Counted from the stretch's first letter, positions 11,378 through 23,023 are shown. The stretch is DNA of 64,000 bases from Minutocellus sp. GHC0000111 (GCA_977018835.1 OZ361257.1:2108001-2172000), one strand, 5' to 3'. Notes: a model not told the origin generated them from the letters alone. Translations and numbers: made by a program.

Positions 11378-13063
11378 ATGGGATTGAAATCCCGCTTGTT
11401 GGATTCTTCCGGTGTCCTCGGTTTGTTTGTCTTGTCTCTGCTCACAATTGGCGGCGAGGCGTTTGCACCAGCATCAACGTGCAGCAGCCTCCGTTCGTCC
11501 TCCAGCCCCAACAACAACACATGCTCAACGGCAAACCACAATAGCTTTTTGCATAGCTTGCCACTTATCAATCAAAAGGCGCAGTGCAATGAGAATATTC
11601 CTCCACATCGCAAATTTTTTGGCTGTGTATTATGTCGATATGCAACAGCAACGACCGACGGGGAAGAGGTAGTGCACGCCATCTCACGAGCGTTTCTCGC
11701 TGAGCAGAAGGCGTCGGGGAGGGTGATGACCAAGCGAGACCAGAATTGGTGGGCGCGATTTGGAGAGCTCGAGGAATATCGAAAGGAGCATGGCGATTGC
11801 AATGTTCCGTATAAGTACAAGGCAAATCCACAGCTAGGCAGGTGGGTATCAAAACAGCGGCAAATGTACCAGCAAAAGAAGATGAGCTCCGAGCGAGTTG
11901 AGGCGTTGGAGAGTATAGGATTCGAATGGACGAGGCCACTAGGAAAGCTCGATGACAAACAGTGGTGGAAGCGTTTGGGAGAGCTCAAAGAGTACAAACA
12001 AATACACAGTGATTGCAACGTGCCCATCTCCTACGAAGTTAATCCACAGCTTAGCAATTGGGTGATGAATCAGCGGGCAAATTACCACAGATTTTTTGAT
12101 GAAAATTGCAAACAAAGTCCCGTGATCACGGAAGAACGAATCAAAGCTTTAAACGAAATTGGGTTTGAGTGGAGACTGCGCAATCGGCCTGAGTGGGATG
12201 AACGCTTCGATGAATTGGTCGCCTACAAAGAGCAGCACGGGGATACTCTTGTTCCGATAGATTTGCGCAGGGACAGCAACAGCAAATATTATGACCTTGC
12301 ACAGTGGGTACACACGCAGCGCACCCAATATCGTTTTCTCCAAGAAGGAAAGCACTCTCATCTGACAGAAGAACGGATGCAAAATCTCAACCAGATTGGT
12401 TTTGTGTGGGATGCCCAAGAAGCTGCCTGGGATGAACGATACGATGAACTGGTTTCCTACAAGAAAATACACGGTGACACTCTTGTCTGTCAAGCCTCGC
12501 AACTTGGCAATTGGGTTGATAACCAGCGCAAAGAATACCAGCTTTTGCAAAGAGGAAAGCACTCTAATCTGACAAACAAGCGAATCGGAAAACTCGAACA
12601 GATTGGTTTTGTCTGGAGCGTGCTCGAAGATGCCTGGGAAGAAAAGTTTGCCGAGCTTGTTGAGTTCAAGGCAGCTCATGGCCACACAGATGTTCCGAAA
12701 TCTTGGGAGAATCAGCAACTTTTTTGGTGGGTCTCAGTACAGCGTCGAGAATATAGAAAGTTGAAGGAAGGAAAGATTACAGGGATTACCGAGGAAAGAA
12801 TACAAAGACTCGAGGACCTTGGATTTGAATGGAGATCAAAGAACACATACCGATGGAAGATTCGGTTGGGCGAGCTACGTGACTTCTATGGCGAGAAAGG
12901 CGTCGCTCCCGTCCCTCGAGCGGAACACCCAACTCTTTACAATTGGGCCACCAAACAAAAGAAGGAGTACGACAAGTTTGTCAGAGGGGAGAAAACGAAC
13001 ATGGACGAGGAGAGAATAAATGATCTCGAGAGGATCGGCTTCTTCGATATCTACGTGAAGTGA
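11378..13063 (+). CDS. Helicase-associated (HA) repeat protein, 6 repeats, predicted plastid-targeted (copy 2, inverted paralogue of 2843-4300)
   Basis: Long near-identical stretches with copy 1 (e.g. SDCNVPISYEVNPQLSNWVMNQRA; FVRGEKTNMDEERI). N-terminus VLGLFVLSLLTIGGE-AFAP followed by a Ser-rich transit-like region. Confidence 0.85.
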   Translation: MGLKSRLLDSSGVLGLFVLSLLTIGGEAFAPASTCSSLRSSSSPNNNTCSTANHNSFLHSLPLINQKAQCNENIPPHRKFFGCVLCRYATATTDGEEVVHAISRAFLAEQKASGRVMTKRDQNWWARFGELEEYRKEHGDCNVPYKYKANPQLGRWVSKQRQMYQQKKMSSERVEALESIGFEWTRPLGKLDDKQWWKRLGELKEYKQIHSDCNVPISYEVNPQLSNWVMNQRANYHRFFDENCKQSPVITEERIKALNEIGFEWRLRNRPEWDERFDELVAYKEQHGDTLVPIDLRRDSNSKYYDLAQWVHTQRTQYRFLQEGKHSHLTEERMQNLNQIGFVWDAQEAAWDERYDELVSYKKIHGDTLVCQASQLGNWVDNQRKEYQLLQRGKHSNLTNKRIGKLEQIGFVWSVLEDAWEEKFAELVEFKAAHGHTDVPKSWENQQLFWWVSVQRREYRKLKEGKITGITEERIQRLEDLGFEWRSKNTYRWKIRLGELRDFYGEKGVAPVPRAEHPTLYNWATKQKKEYDKFVRGEKTNMDEERINDLERIGFFDIYVK

Positions 13064-13291
13064 AAATGATGGAGAATGACATGAGAAAATCAGACCATCA
13101 ATAGAACGCACCATGCATAATTGTACGTGTATGCAAACTACGTAGTAAAACTTGAATAATTCCCATTGCCAACTTCGTAAAGAATCAATTGAAGAGTATC
13201 TATGAAAAACGGTTCTCTAAACATTACTAATACATGCGACTTTGGATGAGTGTTATCAATCAATATCCAATCCAATCAATCCGACCCCCAA

Positions 13292-14614
13292 TCAGTAGGT
13301 CGTCGGCAAGTTACGCCGATCGTAGCTGACACTTCCCCCACCCGACCGGCCGGGCGAGCCCTTGCCCCCCCACGTCGGTGCGAACAGTCCAAATCCCGAA
13401 CGCCTTCGGGCCGAATCGCCGTGCCGCATGGCATCGGCCAACAATTTCTGTGCCGCCTTGCCGGTGTCCTCGGCATTCTTCTTGAGGGCACGTTCCTTCT
13501 CCATCTCCTCGAGCCAGGCCGGTTGCTTGTTGACGCTGGCCGAGGAGGTGGTGGGAGTCGTGGCCTCGGTGGATTCGATGGTGTCGACCGTATCGGCCGT
13601 GCCGACACGTCCGACGAGGTTGAGATCGGACGGCGGTTTCTTGGTCAGCCGATTCCGAAGGATGGACGGAGGAGGGGTTGGCATATTGCGCGCCGGTGAG
13701 GAATGGACCGAGGACGTCGTCGTGTGGTCATCGTTGTGGTGTGGATTGGACGACGTGTTTCGCTTGGTGGGAGTAGAGGAAGATGACGTTGTGGAGGAGC
13801 AGTCTTGGTTACAGTGAGTGTCATTTTCTTCGCCGAAGGTGGTAATGGTGGGATTATCCATGTGGGTATTGGTGGTAGGGCGAAGGGGAGACGATTCGCT
13901 CCGATCCTCAGGAGTTACATCATCACCCTCGTGATCATCTTCCTCGTCCTCCTCGTCGGACCGAGGGTTCTCCGTCAGTCCATAGTTCAGCCTGTACCCG
14001 AGGGGAGGGGCCACTCCTCGCATGGCGGCAACTCCCGACGACGACTGCCTCGTCCGTCGTCGGCTGCCCCGCGCTCGGCGCGGCGGCGTGCTGCTCTCCA
14101 TCGAACTGCCATCGGACGAGCACGTGCTGTGCGTGTCGGCGTCGGTCTTGGAATCTGCCCCGCCGCAGCAGTCGCTGTTGTTGCTCTCGTCTGCCTCGTC
14201 GGCCACAAACTTGACCTCGACGGCCCCCGCCTCGGCCTCGGCCCGCTCCGATTCCTGCTGCTCGGCAATCAAATCTCGATCGGCACGACACGCCACGCCC
14301 TTGGTGCCCAGACCGAAGCCATGGGCGCAACTCCGGCCGGTGCGGTTCCGTCCGGCCTGAATCTGGTCGTTGCGTCGCTTGGCGGCCTCCTGCAACGCCA
14401 GCATGTTCTCCTCGCGCTGGAGTTCCATGGCCAATTTGAGGTCGGCCGCCATAATGTTCTTCGGGGAAGTTGGCGGTTCCGGAAGGTTGGATGAGGCATC
14501 GGCGTTATCGGCGGTACCGTCAGTCTTTTCGTCGAAGAAGCGGATGGTACGGGTGCGTCGCGATTTGCGCGTCGGCGCAAAAAATATCGAGGACGAGGAG
14601 TAGTTGGAGGCCAT
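13292..14614 (-). CDS. Hypothetical, largely disordered protein with a DLKLAMELQREE helix (ubiquitin-binding MIU/UIM-like)
   Basis: 440-aa ATG-started ORF, low complexity, coding-like codon usage; motif assignment tentative. Confidence 0.55.
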   Translation of the reverse strand: MASNYSSSSIFFAPTRKSRRTRTIRFFDEKTDGTADNADASSNLPEPPTSPKNIMAADLKLAMELQREENMLALQEAAKRRNDQIQAGRNRTGRSCAHGFGLGTKGVACRADRDLIAEQQESERAEAEAGAVEVKFVADEADESNNSDCCGGADSKTDADTHSTCSSDGSSMESSTPPRRARGSRRRTRQSSSGVAAMRGVAPPLGYRLNYGLTENPRSDEEDEEDDHEGDDVTPEDRSESSPLRPTTNTHMDNPTITTFGEENDTHCNQDCSSTTSSSSTPTKRNTSSNPHHNDDHTTTSSVHSSPARNMPTPPPSILRNRLTKKPPSDLNLVGRVGTADTVDTIESTEATTPTTSSASVNKQPAWLEEMEKERALKKNAEDTGKAAQKLLADAMRHGDSARRRSGFGLFAPTWGGKGSPGRSGGGSVSYDRRNLPTTY

Positions 14615-15412
14615 CTTATCTTGGATGTGAAGTAGAAAAGTGGTGGTAATTGTTCTGTCGTGGAAGAGAGACGAGTTTGTCCGACGATGGAATAAATGAA
14701 AAGTAGGCCTCGTTGCGTTGATGGATCGATGCGGATCAAACGGTGGGATTGTGTATGTGCTTGGTTTTCGCTTGAGCGACCTATCGACTGGGATCTATCT
14801 GGGGAGAGATGTAACACTATACCACTTCAAGAGAATGAAGTGTGTGCTCTTGCTTGCGCAACGTGGTGGCTGGGGCGAACTTGGTAAATGCCGCAAGTCA
14901 TGCAGCACCGTCACGACGTCGAAATTTTCCAGACAAGTTTGGTGTCGTTTTTTCCAAGATCGGAAACGCCGGGCACTCGGCTGCTTGCTAATTTGTTTGC
15001 GTCCCAAAGGTTCCTCCGCCTGTCTGGTGAGTATCTCTTGCCGGGACCAGGTTGCTTCGTCATTTTTCTTTCTTCATATGACAAATATCCTCAAAAAACA
15101 CTATCTGCCCCATAAGTTCACTGGTTTTTTTTCTGCTCGCCAATGCAATCGCAATCAATCTGCATGGCGCGGTGATCAAAACCAGAAGCGGCCCAACGCC
15201 AAAGCACGGTGAAAGAATAGGAATTCCAAGACGTGTGGCGTCCATTTCTCTTTTAGGACGCTGGAAGACCCAGCCAGGGCAGCCAGGCAGGAATTCCTCC
15301 TTCTGCCGAACAATCCAATCAAAAGGTCGGAATCCAATCCATCGCCAAGCCCCCAAAAATTCCTGAAAGCTTAGCACAAAGTGAAATTGAATTTCAAGTG
15401 AGTCGAAAGGCC

Positions 15413-17872
15413 ATGGCCCCTCCCTCTTCCGGCGAAGAGAATAGTGCGCCGGCGGCGAACCTGCAGGTCCATACTGCTGCAGCAGCTTCAGCCTCTTCGG
15501 AGCAGCTTCAGGCGCCCCTCGCCAGCCCTGCCGAGGCGACCGAGGTGACCGAAATGTCCACCATGAGAGAGCTCCGGGTCGCCGGGGCCATCAGCACCGA
15601 CCAGACCGAAACGACGGCTGATAACAGCTCCGTTTCGTACGGGACGGCTCCTTTGAATCCTCCGGTCGGTGCCCAGCAGCTGCAGCAGCAATATCAGTAC
15701 GGCGGCACGCCTACCTCGGCGGCCCTCGGCCCGTCCTCGGCATCCGTCGCTATGTCTGTGCAGCAGCAGCAGCAGCAGCAGGTACAGCCGCAACAGTGGA
15801 CCGTCGAGGAGAACGGGGTCAAGGTGCAGGTGACGTCCCACCAGGCGACCGACGGGACCATGACCCTCACGCTGCCCAGCGGGGCCGTCGTCACCCTCCA
15901 GGCGGCTCCCCAACCTCAGCTTCAATCTTCGGCACAAGCGCAAACGGCAGAAATGCCGGTACAACAGCAACAGCAAGTGCCGTGTCCCCCGTCGGGTGCT
16001 CAGTCGACGGCCGAGCATTCCATGGGCTTCCTCCCCCTGGGCACCTTCCAGGGCAGTCGGGAACCTATCGATCACACTACCTCCGCAGCTTCTCAGACGG
16101 CTCCTGTTGAGGGGACAATGTCGACCGGTGTTTGCAGCAGCAGTGAAAATACAGCAAACACGAGCAATGTTGATATGAGGGTTCCCTTTGTGCCGTCTCT
16201 GAATACTACCGGAAGCGGTGGGGGGATGACGACGGCGACGACTGATGTTGCCGATTACAGTGTGCAGTACATTGACCCACTGAGCAGCCGGATACAGGTG
16301 GGGGGTGGTGATAGCAGCAACCATGAGGAAGGCAAGGTCAGCGCTGAGAGCATCAACAGCAGTAATAACGCCGCGGGAGATGGATCGCCGCAGAAGAAGA
16401 CAAAGGCCCAGTCCCAGCAGCAGCATGGTGGCCCGCAGCAGCATCGCCGTACGACCTCCTTGACATCAAGAAGTTTGGGCAGCCAAACCATCGACGGGGA
16501 GCAGGTGACGGTCGTACGGGCTCACGCGTTGCCCAATTCGTCGGTCATCATCTCGTCCCAGGAGGGCAGCGTCGTCGAAGAGCAGCACGACGTGGAAGTC
16601 TTGCACAAGACCATGTCAGTGAGTTCCGGGAGGCACACCACCAATACGAATTCCAACGGATCGAAGAGTTTCGGCAGTGGCAAATTGAGCAGCAGCAGCG
16701 ATCCCGACCTGGCAGCCGGTGGTGGTGGTACCCCTCCGTCAGATTCCGAGTTTGCACGAAAAAGTGAAAGTGTAGAAGATATGCCAAAAGAAGAAGAGGC
16801 AGCAGAAGCACCAGCAGCATCAACAGATGAAGCCTCGGCGGCGACACCACAGACCAAACCTGCAGCAGCGGCACCATCAAAGACTGAGAAAGAGTATAAG
16901 CCACTGTGGCTCAAGGCCAGGGAGGAGGGTCGAGAGGAGGAGGCGCCGCAGTCCGACCCCAGCAAGGTGTACTTTGTCATGAACAAGCAGTCCAATCGCA
17001 AGACGGAGTACTACGTGTCCAGCGGGAAGGATCTGCCGGGTCTCCCGCACAAAGACTCGGCCGAGACGGACAAGCCTCCGTCGCAGATTGCCATGGAGGA
17101 GAATCTTCGCAGGGCGCAGGAGGAGGCGGCCGAGGCTGCCGCCATACAACAGCAGCAGCTGGAGGAGCTGGCCTACCTGCGAGAGATGCAACGACGTCAT
17201 GCCGAGCTGGAGGGACAGTACATCTACCACGACGATGATATGACGGAGGTGTCGGAATTGACGATGGGTGTGCACGAGATGGGCATCGGCCCGTCCATCG
17301 CACATACCGACGTCAATGCCAATACCCCTGCGTCCGGTGCCGAAGACGATGTTCCCGACGTCATCCAGAGTGCAAGTTATACGCAATCCGTGGACTGGAA
17401 CAACCTTACCGAAGAGCAGAAGAAGCAAATCAGCTCCGACATGGCCTCTCGCAACGGCGGGGCAGTCGGCCTGCCGGACAATGAAAAGTTCGTCGAGACC
17501 ATGGTCAACATGTTCACTCCCGAGCTTTGTCACAAGGCCGAACCGACGAAGAAGCTTGTCCGTGGACTCGGCGCACTGCAACCCCTCCACTCGACAAGAT
17601 CAATCAACATGTACCAGCACAAACGTAGTGGACGGGGACGAGGAGGAAGAGGTAGCTACTACCGTCCTGCGGCCGCGGCGGCATCGTCGGCACAACTTCC
17701 ATCCATCAACGACGTTGAATATCCCTCCTCTCCCAAGTCGAATGGCCCTACCTCCTCTGGCGGTAGCACCGGAGATACGAATAGCACTAGCAGCCAACGG
17801 AAAATTGCCAAGCCAATAAGTCCACTGAAGAGTCTCAAAAGTGTAAGGGGACTCCATGGCGGTATAAACTAA
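15413..17872 (+). CDS. Hypothetical Q/S/A-rich disordered protein with a short coiled coil
   Basis: 820-aa open frame from ATG 15413 with poly-Q tracts; no recognisable domain. Confidence 0.65.
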   Translation: MAPPSSGEENSAPAANLQVHTAAAASASSEQLQAPLASPAEATEVTEMSTMRELRVAGAISTDQTETTADNSSVSYGTAPLNPPVGAQQLQQQYQYGGTPTSAALGPSSASVAMSVQQQQQQQVQPQQWTVEENGVKVQVTSHQATDGTMTLTLPSGAVVTLQAAPQPQLQSSAQAQTAEMPVQQQQQVPCPPSGAQSTAEHSMGFLPLGTFQGSREPIDHTTSAASQTAPVEGTMSTGVCSSSENTANTSNVDMRVPFVPSLNTTGSGGGMTTATTDVADYSVQYIDPLSSRIQVGGGDSSNHEEGKVSAESINSSNNAAGDGSPQKKTKAQSQQQHGGPQQHRRTTSLTSRSLGSQTIDGEQVTVVRAHALPNSSVIISSQEGSVVEEQHDVEVLHKTMSVSSGRHTTNTNSNGSKSFGSGKLSSSSDPDLAAGGGGTPPSDSEFARKSESVEDMPKEEEAAEAPAASTDEASAATPQTKPAAAAPSKTEKEYKPLWLKAREEGREEEAPQSDPSKVYFVMNKQSNRKTEYYVSSGKDLPGLPHKDSAETDKPPSQIAMEENLRRAQEEAAEAAAIQQQQLEELAYLREMQRRHAELEGQYIYHDDDMTEVSELTMGVHEMGIGPSIAHTDVNANTPASGAEDDVPDVIQSASYTQSVDWNNLTEEQKKQISSDMASRNGGAVGLPDNEKFVETMVNMFTPELCHKAEPTKKLVRGLGALQPLHSTRSINMYQHKRSGRGRGGRGSYYRPAAAAASSAQLPSINDVEYPSSPKSNGPTSSGGSTGDTNSTSSQRKIAKPISPLKSLKSVRGLHGGIN

Positions 17873-18185
17873 AATTTGTGATTCAAGCCAGACTATGAAT
17901 GCTAAATATATACAACTACGTAGTACCGTGGTGCTGCGAAGGAAATATGTCTATATTAACTTGTCTATTTAAATAATTTATTTTGAATTTGTCTGTTTGT
18001 GTTCGAATTGACCTGCCTGGGATTGGGACACGTCGTTGTGGTGAAATAAAAAAGAAATAAACCCAGCGCTAGTCCTAATCTTCCGGCACGGGTACGGATC
18101 GTCACTACGCAACTGGGTTGCTTGGACAATCCGAGCGCTCAATGCTCTGGAAGATGAAGAAGAAGTTAGTATTCGCATGTTATTT

Positions 18186-19676
18186 TCAAGCATGCTTGGA
18201 GGTGTCCATCCCAATGACAGTTGGTACGGCCCTTTGCCACAACTGAGATTCATCATCGGAGGTTCCATCTTTGCACAATGCATCGGCAAAGGTATCAAGG
18301 ATGGCAACGAACTGCTTCGACGCCGACTCTATGTCGAAGAAGGACGATACTGCATCATCGGACCCGGCTGGGGTACCCTCCTTCTGCTCCAACTGTCTCT
18401 GAGTACGAACATGAGCCGCTGGGACCCTCGGCTCGGCATCGGTCGCAGTAATAGAGATGGCAGGACGAGGAGACGGACTGGCCGGTACCACCGGAGTCAC
18501 CGTGCAGACCTTGTCCTCCTTGCGGTTGCCGGCAATCTTCTTCCCGATTCCCTTGAATCGCTTGCCGAAGGACTCCACGGAATCGGACTTCTTGAGCGTG
18601 GAGGAGGAGGGCGCTGTCGTCAATCCGGGAGACGTCGGTGGCAGGCCCGCCGCGGCAAAGATGGACGATGCCCTGGGCGACAGGGGAGGGGGCAACGACG
18701 AGCCACGACGGGACGACGGACCAGCCGCACCACTCGAGGCCGTCGTCTGGACCTTGGCGCCGCCCCAAGACAGAGCGGAATTTTCGGCAGTGTGCTGACT
18801 CGCGGCATCATCATCCACGTCCCTCGACTTGGCACGGAGCAACGAAACGAACGACGTCCGACGGACAACAGTGGGCGCATCGGAAAGGTTGGTGGGGGCG
18901 CTGGACCTGCTGGCGGGTGCCGTATGGGCACCACCACCACCACCACTAACTACAGCGGGAGGGGCAGACACAATCGACCCATCGCCGGAGGGTACCACCT
19001 GGGTGTACTCCACGATCGCCAGCTCCTCCTTCGTTCCGGTAGACTTGGACTTTCGGCTCGGAGAGATCTTGCTCGGGGACAGGCTCGTCACTGCCTTGTG
19101 CAGTATCTTCTTCGCCTTGGACGCCGACAGCGTCGACGACAGCGTCGACGACAGCGAGGCGGTGCTGCCGGGCGGGTCGGGCTTGCTGCTGTTGGCCTTC
19201 TTCCTCAGCGGGGAGGGGGTCTTGAACCGTTCCGCCAGGCTGGGCTTCTTACCCGGCGACGAGGGTGGGGTGCCGTCGGCATTCAGTGCCATGAGCATAA
19301 CTCCGTCATCCGTATCCATGGTCATATCCAAGCACGTGTCCATGGTGGTATCGACATCGTCCATATCCTGACTAAAGGTCACCCGCAATTCGTTGGACAC
19401 TCGGTACGGACTCTCCATTACCACGTTGTTGCCACCGCCAGCACCGCTCCTACCAGCCTTGGTGGGAGTGCCGGGAGCGCTCCGCGCCACGGCCGCCATC
19501 TCCCCGGCCTCGGTGGCCAGGACCATGCGCTCGCAGTCGGCCCACCACCGATGGACGTCGTTGTACATGCCGGCCCAGTAGTACGCCGAGCGGAGGCGGT
19601 GGAATACGGAAAAGGCCGTGGTCGTGCATGGACCTGCTGCATCAATTAGATCGTGTGTATTGTGTATCTTAGACAT
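18186..19676 (-). CDS. Hypothetical S/P-rich protein with an N-terminal integrase zinc-binding (H2C2)-like segment; ends uncertain
   Basis: VFHRLRSAYYWAGMYNDVHRWWADCE resembles 'l...yyWpgm..dv..yv..C'. A branch site and acceptor (tactaac...ttccag, ending 18147) suggest a further 3' exon. Confidence 0.55.
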   Translation of the reverse strand: MSKIHNTHDLIDAAGPCTTTAFSVFHRLRSAYYWAGMYNDVHRWWADCERMVLATEAGEMAAVARSAPGTPTKAGRSGAGGGNNVVMESPYRVSNELRVTFSQDMDDVDTTMDTCLDMTMDTDDGVMLMALNADGTPPSSPGKKPSLAERFKTPSPLRKKANSSKPDPPGSTASLSSTLSSTLSASKAKKILHKAVTSLSPSKISPSRKSKSTGTKEELAIVEYTQVVPSGDGSIVSAPPAVVSGGGGGAHTAPASRSSAPTNLSDAPTVVRRTSFVSLLRAKSRDVDDDAASQHTAENSALSWGGAKVQTTASSGAAGPSSRRGSSLPPPLSPRASSIFAAAGLPPTSPGLTTAPSSSTLKKSDSVESFGKRFKGIGKKIAGNRKEDKVCTVTPVVPASPSPRPAISITATDAEPRVPAAHVRTQRQLEQKEGTPAGSDDAVSSFFDIESASKQFVAILDTFADALCKDGTSDDESQLWQRAVPTVIGMDTSKHA

Positions 19677-19986
19677 TTCTATTAACTCTCCGTGTAAACT
19701 ATTTTTTACGTGTAAACTATTTTTTACGTATAAATCATAAGATCAATTTCACAAAATGACACAGCAATCGTCTTGGGCAGCAGGTGCAGTGCTTCTCACT
19801 GCACTCCTTGCTTGCTGTATAATTCTTCATCTGGAGCTTGTAGAGGAGCTGCCAAAATAAGGCGGTGCACTTTATAAGGCGGAGCTACTTGTCATCCGCC
19901 AACCCTGACTGCAGCCACTAGGTAATTACTAGTAGAAGCTAGCGCTACTAGTAGGTAACCACTACCGCATATCATAAACACACAAG

Positions 19987-20199
19987 ATGGATCCCCTCCC
20001 CCCGAACGATCCCAACCGCGGACCCGGCGCTGGCGCCCCCGCCGCCAAGGAAGATCCCCACGATGGCCGCCAGAGGCAGAGAGGCGGAGCCAACGGAGAG
20101 ATCGACATGATCGGCGATTTGAGAGACCAGATGCCCGTCATGGCTTTGTTCCTCATGGGCCTGGCCTCGTGGATTCTGAGAGAGCGTTGCGTCTGTTAA
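19987..20199 (+). CDS. Possible small (70 aa) protein with a C-terminal hydrophobic helix
   Basis: ATG after an A/C-rich leader, GC3-rich codons, MPVMALFLMGLASWIL tail ending CVC. Confidence 0.3.
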   Translation: MDPLPPNDPNRGPGAGAPAAKEDPHDGRQRQRGGANGEIDMIGDLRDQMPVMALFLMGLASWILRERCVC

Positions 20200-20667
20200 A
20201 AAAGAGACACGTGATGCGCTGACTGTGTGTGACGCTGTGAACCGACCGATTGTTATTGAAATGTTTGTGTGCATCGGCTGGCCGGAACATCGAACATGAT
20301 GGATGTATTGCGGAGCAAAGACTATCTCTCCGCCTTGTATTGAAAAAAAGAAAACCTTGTAACATATTGAAAACTGCATATTGAATCGAAAAAGAAGAAT
20401 GGAACAGGTGTTGGTCGGATATCTTCGACATGAGCAATTGTCGAATGCTTATGCTTGGTTGCGCTTTGCTTTATTTGCCGAGCTGTAATCTATCGAGAAG
20501 AAACGATTGCTGCTACTGTTAAAGTAATTAGAAGACAGCTGTTCGATAAACTTATGCTTGGCTTATCGATATTACTCGTTGATTATTTAGTACCTGAGAA
20601 TTAATAAATAGTTCCACGCTGAGGCAGCGCAATATTCCGAGAGCGGGGGGTACCGCAGCTATCTTTT

Positions 20668-22897
20668 TTATACCTTGGAGTAGTGAGGCTTGAGAACAAG
20701 GACGTTGCCCTCGATCTTGTCTTGCCTCATCGTACAAAGCTCTCGCACAACCTCCCTGAATTTGTTCATTCTCTCGGGGCCGGCCTTCTTTTTGATGTTG
20801 AAGATCTTGAGTAGCCGCTTCATCGTGATGGAACCTGAAAGAGTTATTGCATATTTACAAAAAGGACAAATGTGTGAGCGGGAAGTGCTCAAATCGTACA
20901 ATAAATATATACTTCACGTTCAAATGAAATAAACATGTGTACGTGCAATAACTCACCATGATGCAACCAAATCTCCTTCTGAACCGCCTTGAGCGACACG
21001 ATGCGTTGTCCTTCGTCATCGACTTCAACGCCGGTGAGATCGCCTTCCTTCTTGGTCTTGTCTTCGACATCCGAATGGTCGGAGGTGACCTGCATCTTGT
21101 CAAAGTCCTTTTCGTCATCCTCCCGACCGTATGCTGTGGTCTTTCGGCCCTCGTTATCGACATCTCCGGCCTTCTCCTTCTCCTCTTCAGACAGCTCGCC
21201 CTTGTCCTTGGCCATGAGCTGCTTGAGTCCGGCAATTGTTGCAATGCCCTTGGCGGCACCCTCCTCGTCGTATTCATCGCTGTCATCATCAAGGTCGTCC
21301 TCGATATCAGCTGCAAATCCACCGGCATCGACCTCTTCAGTCTCGCCGACATCGACGTCATCGTCATCGAACAGTTCGTTGGCATCGTAATCCAGCTCCT
21401 CATACTCGGCCCCGACATCTCGCTGGTAGAAGTCATCTTGCATGGCCATGCCGTCATTACCGGCAGCAGAAGTACGATTGTCGCCGCCAGTAGCAGCATC
21501 CTTGTCCTGCTTCTTTTTGCCATCCCCGTCTTCATCACCGCCCTTGTTGGCATCCTTTGACGTCGCGACGTTAAAACGGCCGAATCGCCTCTTTCCACCA
21601 AACATGGCATCGTTCTGTCCGCCGAGGACGCCGTCGTCATCAACTGTAACGCCATCTCCCAACGTCGTCAGCAGCTCCTTTCGTGCCTTGGCCGATCCGC
21701 CCTTGCGCTCACGGTACGCCAGATCGCTCATGACATCGTCATCTTCGGCATCTTCGCCAGCCGCAGCCCTGGCCTTGGTGGACAGCTTGCTAAGGAGACG
21801 CGATTTGGCCATACCAATTTTCTTGACGGGCTTGCCGGCACCTCCACTCAGGACGGCACTGGCCTCGGCGGCCACCGTCCCACCCTTCTTGGCATGCATC
21901 ATATACCGCGTCATGCGATTGCGCTGATCGTTGATGGCCTGCTCGGCCTCGTGCATCGATAGGGACTTGATCTTGGCCGGCTGGGTGAAGCTATGGAAGC
22001 CGTGGAGGGGCGTTACCGTCAAATGTTCTGGAGGACGGATCTCGCCCTCTTTTCCGCTGCCATTGGCGCCACTGTTGAGCAGGGCCGACTCATCTCCGAC
22101 AGTAAGCATCACATAACTGCTGGGATTGTACTCGGGCAGAGCCTCGTATCGGGAGCTAAGCTTTTCCCCACCGGCCTCACCAGCAGCAGCGGCAGCCGCA
22201 GCTGCCGCCCCTCCAGCCTTCTTCCTACGCTTGGCCATCATCTTCTCGATGAACTCTGGCTTCTCCATCAGAACCCAGTGCTGCTTGGGTGGCTCATTCT
22301 TGCGCCACCGACGCTTCTTCTTCTTGGTACCGCCGTCATCCGAATCGCCCTCGTCTTCACTCTCATCCTACCGAGACAAAGGGAAGCGAGTGAGAGAGAT
22401 GCCAGCATGAGTCAGTTTATGATCGCAAAATTGCACGAATATGTTTATTATCACGAAGGGAAGCAAGCATAGGTATATCTTTTACCTCCAGCACTCCAGC
22501 AGCAATACAGCACGCACGAGCAATTCAGCACATGCCACAAACACCACACACACACGCACTCAAGATACGCACGCACCTTGACCTCCGGCACATCCTCCTC
22601 AATCAGCCGTCCCTCCCTGAACTTTCCCGCAAAGTCCGGCGGGTCCACCGTCTCCACAAACTTGGCCACGCGGGGGAAGTCCAGCGCAAACATTTGGTTC
22701 GGGTTGGGCATCTTCTTTGCGGCGGCGGCACGGGCCAGGAGCGGGTCGGTCGATTGACTCTTCGGGCCCTTGACCAGCGTTAGGGTCAGGGTCTCGCCGG
22801 GCTTCATGGAGCGGGCATGGCGGGAGAGGATCGTGTCGATCGACGTCATGATGCCGGCACCGCCGTTATTGCCGGCGGCTGGTTGGTTGGCTGCCAT
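20668..22897 (-). CDS. GTF2F1: Transcription initiation factor IIF subunit alpha (RAP74) (3 exons)
   Basis: Exons 22897-22577, 22367-20957 and 20834-20668 with in-phase GT-AG junctions. QHWVL..., SSYVML, VTPLHGFHSF, LSMHEAEQ, acidic ELDYDANELFDDDD, and a C-terminal winged-helix-like ITMKRLLKIF...FREVVRELC...LVLK. Confidence 0.75.
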
Positions 22898-23023
22898 CTT
22901 GAAGCCGGTGAGAATGAGATAAAACTGAAAAAGGGGGAGGCCTGAGGCCTGGCCCAGTCATCACTGGCCCCCGGAAAAGCAAAGATGCCTCTTGGCTCTT
23001 GGCCATTTGCATTTTGCCCAACC

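Noticed and set aside
18147..18195. 49-nt GC-AG intron
   Set aside because: The acceptor is convincing but the donor is ambiguous (an upstream GT is also possible); it cannot be resolved without RNA data.
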